NCBI RefSeq assembly: GCF_009914755.1
Contig: NC_060931.1
From: the human T2T-CHM13v2.0 reference genome, Homo sapiens
Reading direction: 5' to 3' (one strand)
DNA: 64,000 bases
Under the pieces are notes generated by a model. The model made no database searches. It had not been told where the DNA came from and saw nothing but the letters and a program-made list of their open reading frames with translations. This document shows positions 1 through 10,797 of the stretch, one piece after another (positions within the stretch are counted from its first letter, which is position 1; every line of letters begins with the position of its first letter). The translations under genes and the position numbers were made by a program.

Positions 1-1945
1 ATTTTGAGAATAATAAGTCCCATTTGTAGATAGTGCTTACATACTGAGTGGGCCTACACATCTCCCTCTCTAGTTCAAGATGGAAAGTCCTCTCTGGAAA
101 TCAAAAGAGTACTTTCATGCAGAAAGTATTCAGACCTGCGTTGGGGTTGTATGGAAATGTAAAAGACTATTAAAAGTAGTAAAGATGTATAGATTACTTA
201 AAGTTACACCTATTGTTGATAGAGGGGACTTGTGGGATATATGTGGTGTGTGTGTATGTTTGTGTGGAGAGAGAGAAACTTTTAAAAGTGAAAACCAAAA
301 TTATGCAGGTTATCACTTTACCAAATTCCTCTTCAGTGATATTCTCCTGCGAGTGTTTTAAAGTCCATTTTTCCAAAACAAATTTATAGAATGGTTTTCT
401 TTGGTGTCTCATATATACTGGAAAGAACTTCAAATGCTAGTGTGCACACATACCTTGGCATTACTGAATAAAGCCTGTAGAATGAAATACTGCAACATCT
501 TTGATGGCATTGATTTGGGGAAGAGGTCTCCTTTTTGGCAGTAGAAGATAGAAAATTCTATCAATTTTTCTGACTTTATTCACACAGTAAATGAAAGTGA
601 AAAAGAATACCTCTGAAAGAGCACAGAATCAGGAGGTCCTCTTTTACTATGGGAACTTAGGAAACTTCTTTCAATATGATACATTTTTATGTAACAAAGA
701 ACAAAGCTTAAGAAATAGTACAGCTGGTCTTTTATAGTGAATAAAATGGTTTCCTCCAAAAGACATGAGGTTCACAACCATGGGCCTCTGTCCCTTCATT
801 TTAAAATATGGTACTCCCAGTTCTAGCAGAGAGCAGTGCAACTCCACCCCCTGGGAAAAAAGCTGCATGTTCCCTTTCTTCCCATTTCTGTTGCTCACTT
901 AACACAGCATGGGCACAGTAGTTTTTTAATAGATTAATGTCAATACTTGTCCATCATACTGAAATATTAAAGTCAGTTCAATCTTAGGAGAAATACAAGC
1001 AACCTTTATGCTAATATTGAGTAGCATATGAGAGTAAGGAATTTGTTTAATCTAACTTGCCCATTCTTAAAGCCGAAAAGTTTGTCTGCCTTGTCGTGTT
1101 ACGTGTTTGAGCCGTGTGGGTAATTATTCTGTGCCAGCAAGTGTAGTGCCTGGAAATGAACAAAAGCTTCACACAAAAGGATTTTTCTATTTTCCGTGGG
1201 TAGAATTTGTACCAAAGCCTTAGTGTCACGAATATCCCATTGTACATTTTCTATTTTTTTTTTACCTAATAAACTTAATACTGAAAAATAGGAGGAAAGG
1301 AAAAATGTTTCTATAACTCTCATAAATACACATATGCATCATACCACTTCTGACACATCCATTCTGTAGACTTATAGATATTTTAAATGTATCTTTTTAA
1401 TAACATTGAATGCTTTCAAATATTGATTATTCAGCAGTATTTCTTCCTTCCCTCTGTGGTTTTAGCCTATCCTGTGGTGTGTGTTGATGAAAAGTCTTGT
1501 AATAGATTGAGCCTTCACTGAAATTTATTGTCCTTTTTAGATGATATATATAAATATCCTAAATGAAATGTTGGCACCACCACCAAAGTACTAAAATATG
1601 TCATCATTTCTCTCCAGCAATTTCATATTTTACCTGTGTTTGATGTTAATGTGAATGTTATATTTGGGCTCAATAAATATACGTTAAGAAGAAAAGTAAA
1701 TGTCAATAGGCTTCTTGAACCCTTTCATTAAATAGTTGTGTTGCATGAAAATACATCATAAACATAAGAGGCATTGTAAGTCTTGTTTATCAACATTATG
1801 GAGTACCGTATATTTAAAGGATTTATATTTGCATCAACGTGCATTTCCGTAAAGAACAGGCTAAAGTTCTAACACAAATTCTTCAAAAATGTCTTAGAGG
1901 AGGAATAATTTTATGTTAGTCATTTTGTGAATGTGGTTACTACTA

Positions 1946-3149
1946 ATAATTGTATTTTTAAGTATCAAATGTCCAAAAAAAAAAGAAAATGTTCAGAAAA
2001 GTTTTAGTAAGTTTCTTACTTTAAAAGGAATATCCAGCATTTAAAAGCTCAATTCAGTGATGTAATAATGCTGCTAATAGTTCCTCTATTTCATTTCATT
2101 GCATTGCATGGATATTAAGCAGTGACACTTTGAAGTTTTATTCATCAGCCCACTGTATCTGGGGGGCCTTTCTCCTGGGGTGCTTCTCCAAGCCCACATA
2201 GAAGTCCGGTTAAAGTCAGTGGGAGCTAGGTACCCAGACTTGGGTGTAAGTCTTTCCTTTGGTGTAGGTTTTGGTGTAAGTCTTTCCTTTGGCTTCTTGC
2301 TCTGTAAGATACTGTCCAGCCATTGGAGAGATTTCATTGAAGACTGTGTTGATGATATAATTTGCATTTTTTGCTATACATTTCTCTCAGGAGGACTATA
2401 GAATGAAGACGAGAGAGAGCTGAGGAACGCTATTTCTACAATCAACATAGACTTTCAAATTATCCAGACAATTAAAATAAAATCTGATATAAGTCCTCAA
2501 AGTTTCACTTAAGCCAGCTGCTTAGTTAACCCAGCAGATCCAATTACCTAGACTCTGTGTAGATCTGGCATCAGCTCATTCAGGGACTGTCATTTTGGCA
2601 GCCCCCAGCTAATCCTGTAATATTGAACTAGAGGAGAACACATGGGGAAAATGCAAAGAGATGATCTTTCTGGAATGGCTATTTTAAAAGGCCCTGTACC
2701 CCTCTAGTGTCCCTGGAGACAGGCAGGCAAGAAGATTTCCAGCCAAGCCTTCCCCTCCCCGGTATGATTTTAGAAACCAAACTACTCTGTGACCTTGTGT
2801 AAATCACATTGATAATGGATAGTTTCTCCAGGTTCCTGCCTCTCCTTCCCTCTGGGTACCTAGCTCCCACTGACTTTAATTGGACTTCCACCTGGGCTTG
2901 GAGAAGCACTCCAGGAGAAATGCCCCCCAGATGCAGTGGGCTGAAGGATAAAACTTCAAAGTGTCACTGCTTAATATCCATGCAATGACATGAAATGAAG
3001 TAGAGGAACTATTAGCAGCATTATTACATCACTGAATTGAGCTTTAAAACACTGGATATTCCTTTTAAAGTAAGAAACTTATTAAAACTTTTCCAAGCAT
3101 ATTCTTTTTTTTTTTTTTTTGCACATTTGATACTTAAAAATCCAATTAT
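1946..3149. repeat. Long inverted repeat: arms 1946-2238 and 2851-3149, 612-bp spacer
   Basis: Manual alignment of the left arm to the reverse complement of the right arm (e.g. ...gtcagtgggagctaggtacccaga vs tctgggtacctagctcccactgac...) gives ~23 substitutions plus an A/T-run length difference over ~290 bp. Confidence 0.97.
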
Positions 3150-3616
3150 AAAAAATTTCCTAGAAAGAAAAACCAGTGTTCTGTGTTATGAAGCATAAAA
3201 AGATAATAAAAAAAAAAGAAGAAAAGCACAGCGCTTTCAAATCCACCTACTAACACATAGCCTTAAAAACCAGTCATTGTCATTCTTTAACAAGATTAGA
3301 GCTCTAAGAACTTCTCTGTTCTTATGGTTGTTAGGATTTTGATGCCTAGTTTAAGTTCACATAACAAAAATATTACTGAATAAAAATCTAATTAAAACAT
3401 TTCTGGATGTTTGTTGTTGAAAGCCTCCTTTAATAGGGTTTCATTTTCTCGGTATTCTTATGAGAGCTATTACCAGTTCTTTTGACTCTTTTCTATTTAT
3501 ATCACGAATACATCCCAGAATCAAATATATTGATCTTAACCTCAAAGAGGAATCTGTATCCAGATGTTTTTCATTACACTCAACATGTAGACTAGTTTTT
3601 ATTACATAAAGTTTTA

Positions 3617-3929
<313 letters not shown>

Positions 3930-4074
3930 TATATATATATATGTAGATATAATTAAGCTTTTAAAAAGGATGTTTCAGATAGTTTAAAGGGTTTTTTTTC
4001 CTCCTTTGTTAGATGTTCCACCGCTTTAAGGCAGGAAGAATGTTTTAAAATAATAATGAATATTTATAAACTAC

Positions 4075-4240
4075 TTCAGGATTTACAAAACATTTTCACA
4101 AACATTATCTCATTTAAATAAACTATTTCTTTATGAAGTAGACATTGCAGATTAAAAAGCTGGGTCTGAAACAGGTTAAGTGATTTGCCAAGATTTCATG
4201 ACTAGAAAGCAAAACAACTAAGGCTTTAACCATGTGTTGT
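4075..4240 (-). mobile_element. MIR (degenerate)
   Basis: MIR-core-like aggttaagtgatttgccaag and attatctcattt motifs; boundaries approximate. Confidence 0.55.
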
Positions 4241-6571
4241 GATACCAAAATTGCATGCTTTTTTCCACAACATGTATCAGAATTTCTGCAATAAAGATTT
4301 CAACTCTATGGAAAGAACTTCCATTGTATGGCATACTCCAGCTCCCACAGTGTATTATTCCATTGGATTTGTCACAAACATCCTTCCAGAAGCAATGTTA
4401 CTGAGCTTTACACAAGTGTGAAAAAAAGTTTGCTAATTAAAGGAATTACAAATTCAGATCAGTACATACTGATATCTTTTACAGAATAAGGTGCTATTTT
4501 TCTAATGCCATTTAGTTTTCCACATATAAGTATTTATTTGTGCCTAAGTAAGGAACTAAGAATATTAACCATGGGGAATGCAGTTTTAATCTCATGAATG
4601 ACATTAACATAATAAGAAAAAATGTAATAATAGCTGTATATGATAGGCTGTAATTGCTGAATGTCAACATAGAATGAGAAATATTCTAATTTGTGAAGTT
4701 AAATTTATCATATGGTATTGAAAACTTCCATATGTTTTTAAAAACAATTAACATAAAAATATATATATACTCAAATGCAAAAGCAAGCTCTGTTGCCACA
4801 GGTATGTGATTTGATCAAAGTAATAGATTTTTATATCTTAAACCATTTAGTGTTTCATTTTGAATGTTTATGAGGGATTTTAAGAAAGTAAATGACGTGC
4901 TATTTATTTATACAAATGAATGACTTTGGGTAAATCATTTAGGCATATTAGAAGCCAAAGTCCTTTGAAAGATCAATCATTGCTTGAAAGACTGATAAAT
5001 AAGGATCATAACAACTTATTTCAGAAAATTTATTTTAAATACTCTTCCTAGTCTATATTACATACATACAGTGCAATAAAATGTCAAAAAATATATACAC
5101 ACAGCACACTACAAAATAATCTAAACTATTTTAACCATGAGTGAAATAGAAAAAAAAAATTGCTACTTACTCTCAAAAATAGGATGTTTACATGACATAT
5201 TCATTTTATATATATGAATTCAAATAATACTTACAATAATTATCCTTATATTAATATAATAATATTTTTATATGTTATTATTTTTAGCTATTTTTCAGGG
5301 CATATTATTAGAATAACATAAGTAATCTAGGTTTATTTCCTCATATTACCTCATCATAAACCATCTCAAAATGAACTTTGGTGAAAGTGTGTGTGTATGA
5401 TATATTTAAAGCTTAGCTAAATTATATCCCATTCTCATTCATAAGAAGATGAATGAACTCTCTGCAGAGACACAACTTACCTGGATTGAGAGTTTCAGAT
5501 AATATTTAAAGTCTAGGACAAGAATTTCAGAATATTATATGCAGAGGAAAATAGTATGGTAGGAGTGTCAGATGACCATTAAGTATGGAAGATCCTCCAT
5601 TTCAGGGGCATTCCTGTTTTCAACTCTCCTGGAAAATGTTCTGGTCTCATACTAGAACTCAGCTCCATTTCCGAGGCGCAGAAATATCAGCCAGACTATA
5701 CTACAAAATAAGATTTAACAAATCTAGAAAGGTAGAAGCTATAAATGATAGGCCTGTTCACTTTACCAAGGAAACTGTGGGATAAATGACTCAAAACTCA
5801 ATTTCCAAACCTCTAGAAAATAACAAACTACCAGGAAATGCCCATATTTAATTTCTGTAATACAAAACTGTTCCATTATGAAATATAGCAAAGAAATTAT
5901 TAGCAAAGATTTTGTTTCTCATCAAATGACAGCATCCAACTAGTATAAATATTCCCCCTGGGCAGAAATTGATGTCATTCCGACAGAGATAGTGATATGC
6001 ACATCACAAAACGTCAATTAAGAATTTCATGATGTTTTTGGTTATATTTACTGATAAATACTCACTATTGTCAGAAGCCGGGTTTTATCTTTTGATATTA
6101 ATTAGGAATATATTTACTTAAGATCAAGCCCTCCTACAGAAATTATTTGTGTGTCTAGTATTTATCTCTTATCCTAATATATCCTGGACTAGGTATAACT
6201 TTTATTGATAATCTTTCTAAACCTTCATACACGCATGATAGATAATGAATATTTATTGAATGAATTCACAGTTATTCTATTTTATGTGTTGATGGAGTTT
6301 TTTTTTCCTATGAAGTTTTTCTGTGCTGCCTCTCTCTAAACTTTTTATATGTCCCATATCTGCCTTTAATGTCTCTCTGTGCCTACTGCAATGATATGTA
6401 TTCAGACAGCATGTGTTATAGGTTGTTAAATGACTCAGGAAATTGGTTTAGTAAAACAGATACAAGTTCAGAAGTAGTTTGAGTTCTCACAACTAAATAA
6501 AGTGATGGAATCAAACTGTAGCCCTGAGCCTCATTGCTATAAAAGCCTGCGTATAAGCCGGCCGCTTGATA

Positions 6572-7207
6572 AATGGCATGCTAATATGTGATTCTGTGTC
6601 TAGTGGCTGACCACGTGTCTTGTGGCATGTTAATATAGGGTTCTGTGGCCCATGACTAGTAGCATGTTAATATAGGGTTCTGTGGCCCATGACTAGTGGC
6701 ATGTTAATATAGGGTTCTGTGGCCCATGACTAGTGGCATGCTAATATAGAGTTCTGTGTCCCATGGCTGGCCATATGACCAGTTGCATGCTAACATAGGG
6801 TTCTGTGTCCAGTGGCTGACCACATGACATGTGCCATACTAATACAGAGTTCTGTGTTTCACGGCTGGCCACATGACAAGTGGCATGCTAACAGAGCATG
6901 CTGTGTCCCATGGCTGACCACATAACATGTGGCATGCTAATACAGAGTTCTGTGTTTCATGGCTGGCCACATGACAATTGGCATGCTAATTTAGGGTTCT
7001 GCTTCCAATGGCTGGCCACTGACAATTGGCATGCTAATATATGGTTCTGTGTCCCATGCCTGGACACGTGACAAGTGGCATACTAATATTGGATTCTGTG
7101 CCCAATGGCTGGCCACTGAGAAGTGGCATGCTAATATGGTGTTTTATGTCCAATAGCTGACCATGTGACAAATGGCATCCTAATATAGGGTTTTGTGTTC
7201 AGTGACA
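6572..7207. repeat. Minisatellite/VNTR, ~14 units; 49-bp consensus gtggcatgctaatatagggttctgtgtcccatggctggccacatgacaa, with three 37-bp deleted units
   Basis: Unit starts read directly at ~6622, 6659, 6696 (37 bp) and 6733, 6782, 6831, 6880, 6929, 6978... (48-49 bp). Confidence 0.95.
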
Positions 7208-10200
7208 AAATAGCTTCACATTCATATAGATAAAGACATGAACTCAGTGGACACTTAGCAAGTTATGTCTCCCTCTCCTTTAATAAACACTGGAAGTCCT
7301 CATATTTAGCAAGGTGAGAAAATAGATACCACTATTTAAGCATCCACTACCAAGATATGACTTTGTTGTCTTTTGTGCAGCTGTGGACCAAAAATCACTT
7401 CTCTTCAGAAAGATAAAAATGTGGCCCTAGGAAATAAACTAAAGTCTGCTGGAATTATTTTGCAATCCTGACACTACATTATGACAATCTGTCCCAAGAT
7501 TTCCTTCCCACAACCATATGTGACCCATTTAACGCAGCCCAATAAGTGATTCTCTGTTTCTGAATGAGCAATGAAGAGAAATTTGAAAAACATTCATCTC
7601 TGCAACAACATTGCTGTGGCATTAACATCCTTCTTCTCCATGGCCTGCCTCCTTCCTTTCCATCCTCACTGATAGCTCCTTCTTTTCTCTTTTCCCAATA
7701 GCTTAGATTTGTTTCAACTCCTTGATGTAATCATGCCCTAAGACATCTTTTTAAAAAGTAATTTTTCTGTTAGTGATTTTATTGATTATCATTTATTTAA
7801 AATTAGATATTTGTCTTTCAATTTTGTTTATGGTGATTTTTTTCTGTCAACTCTTATATTTGCTTTGTATGCTTTCAAATCTGTCATCACCCTTCTTCAT
7901 GGTTTTTGCCTATGGCAACATGCAGTGAAAAGGTTTTTCCACTTTAAGGTTAGATGAATGGACAAATGGCTTCAATTTTGCTGAAGGGGAAGAAAGAAAA
8001 ATGAGTATAAAGATTAGTTTCTAAATAAATAAGTTATTTTAAAAAACTGTAAAGTAATAGATATCCTACTAGTGGGGAAAATAATGAAATAGTTTTGTCT
8101 TTCATTTCAGCAAAGATTCGGTACTGAATTGGTACAGACCATATTCCTTTAGAAAGATAACAATTTAGAAAGTATATTTTCTACTAGTGAAAGTACAAGC
8201 CTCACTTTGGTTTTTAAATCTTCTCCCTTGGTTTTGTTTACTCAGATATGTTTGAACTTATGGAAAGACAACTCAAAGAGTCACTTGTTCTTAAACTTTC
8301 GGATCCATTTTTCGGATATGCAGAGTAGTGAGCAATTTCGCCTAAGCAATAAAGAGTTCACTGAAAAAGACTTTAGGTTGAAAGTATTTCTTTTACCTGA
8401 AATATCATGAAGTAATAATTTCTATAATACCAGGTCTTGAACTGTTTTTACAGTATGGTTTAAGTTTCTTTGTTTCTGTTTTTTTCAGCCTAATCTTTGT
8501 GCATAGTACTCTCTTCATTGATCGAATGTATTTGAATTCAAAGGTCTATGATTATAATATGCCTTAAGTTAAACATCATATTAACCTTCAGCGCATAGAG
8601 TTTGCTTTTGGTGCACTAGCAACAGGCTGCCTGGCAGCCCTGACTGCCCTTGAACTCAGTTCTCTGTGGCTGGCTGGAGTTATAAGGATGGAACTTTCAA
8701 ACACCTACACCACAGCTGCTGAGCCTTTCAGATAAGGCGGGGATAGACCCATTAACCTCATGTCATTATCTTTATTTTATGGCTGATAAAACTGTTTCTT
8801 TTGTGTGTCTTACTCTCCAAGACCCCTCTCACCTTCCCCCTTGCTTTAAAAACACATTAATATCATAATCTAGTTAAATTAGTTTGTTGCCATATTGAAA
8901 ATAAGGCTCTTTTTGTTTCTAGTCAGGTTGATACAGCAAGAGTTTATTGACAAGATGTGGCTGCAGAAAAGAACGGCTAATTATTTTCATTTGCATGAAT
9001 GGCTTACTGCTTTTGCCTAATTACTGTTTAGTACAATACTGTTAATATTCTCCATTAAATATTTGCCAAATTAACTTTGCCGTAAGTTTTCATTAGTTTT
9101 AACATTCAACTCTGAATATAAGTATGCAGGCATACTGTGTAGTATTATGCTCACTGAACATGGAAAGCTACTCTAAAATGTTAATACATTTAGCAGTAAC
9201 GTTAGAATACACAGATTTTATTCCCACATATACGGTATATGCATAGAAGTATGTATGCATATAGATATAGATATTTATCTTGTTACACATAGATGTGTAC
9301 AATAGTCTTGCCTTGCTTTGTCGGCATGTCTAAGTACAGTAATATTAGCAATTGCAATTAGTTAGTTTTTTCTTAATAGAATGAATAAGTAGATGAAAGA
9401 TTTCTACTTCTAAAAAGAAATATGATAAAAATAGGTTTTTCTGTCCTCCTAAAAATAGGTTTTCCTGTCCTCCTAAACTATCTGTTTTGTTCTTTAATAT
9501 TTTGTCCCCACGGAGAGAGATGGAAAAACCTAATGGCACATAGTAGAGACAAAATAAATATTTATAATTAAAAAGATGATTAAGGAAAGGTAATGATAAT
9601 CACAGATGGGAATGAATGAGTTTGGATAGTGCAGGTCAAAAAAAGGAGAGAGAAAATGAATGAAAAAATATAATAGAGAAATTGGGGCTAAACTAATGGG
9701 TGCCATGGAAATGGAGGGAAAATTATGTGGAGTAGTAGGTGGAAGAGAAGGAGAATAAAATGAAGGAATATATGCTAATAGAAAGACATCGAAATAGAGA
9801 AGAGGAGTGTAAAAAGGCAAATAAGAAGGTTAGAAAACAAGAGTACAGTCAACAAGATGGAGAAAGATGGAAGAAGGACCCTGAAAGGAGTAGATGAGGC
9901 AAAACAAAAGAGGTGAGCAGGCAAAGAAGTGAAAAGGATGCCTCTGTGCAAGAGTGAAGGAATTGGGGTCACTGTGTTAGCTTTGCATTGCCCATACATA
10001 TTAATGACTTTTGGTTGATTTTAAATTTCAGATTTGGTATTTTCCTTAAGCCTATTAAAATTGCAAAAATTCATGTAGAGTTAGACTTCCATGCACACTA
10101 TGAATCTAGTCAACTACAGCAATCTAATAACATAACTCACCTTTGTACTTCAACTGAAATAGCATTTCATCTAAATGGCTACTCTACTTCTTATAACCTA

Positions 10201-10797
10201 ACTATGTCTCTTGGCAATACTACAAAGTCATTATAATTTGTCTTCTAATTTCTCAAAAGTTCATTTTTATTAGAAGACTTGATATTAATTTAAATAAAAA
10301 TTAATAAGCCATTGAATCACACTAGTAAAGTATTTGCATAGCAAATTGAAATTCACCTATTATAAAAACACATAGATTCATAGTCTCATTGACACAGGAA
10401 GAAAAGATCTTAAAGATACACTAATCCTAACCTCTCATTTAATTTTTGAGAAAAGTAAGGCTAGAATTATTGAGATAACTAATTATTGGCAGAATTTCAG
10501 ACTAGACCTCAAAATAAGACTTCCTTTCTCAATTTAAATCAAGATATTTTGTCTTGTTTTTTTTTTTCATTTCAGTCTATGTTATTATCCAAGAAATGCA
10601 TCATTACTCACACATTAGCACTGATGGGATTTTTTAATCCTGTGCCATTTTTTTTTGTACTATGGCTAGAGTTAAAATTGAAATTCATTGCAGTGGGGAA
10701 AAAATCTTCTAAAATAAGTAAGACTATAATGCTCAAAAGATAAACAACAGAAGAGTTCAAGAATGCCAACTTTAAGTACATAGTTGTAGAAAGAAAG

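Noticed and set aside
6572-7207. CRISPR-like array
   Set aside because: Units are degenerate head-to-tail copies with no unique spacers, no cas genes, and the DNA is primate; it is a minisatellite.
9530-9999. Hydrophobic, membrane-like ORFs on the - strand
   Set aside because: Result of a purine-rich low-complexity + strand; no splice structure or homology recognised.
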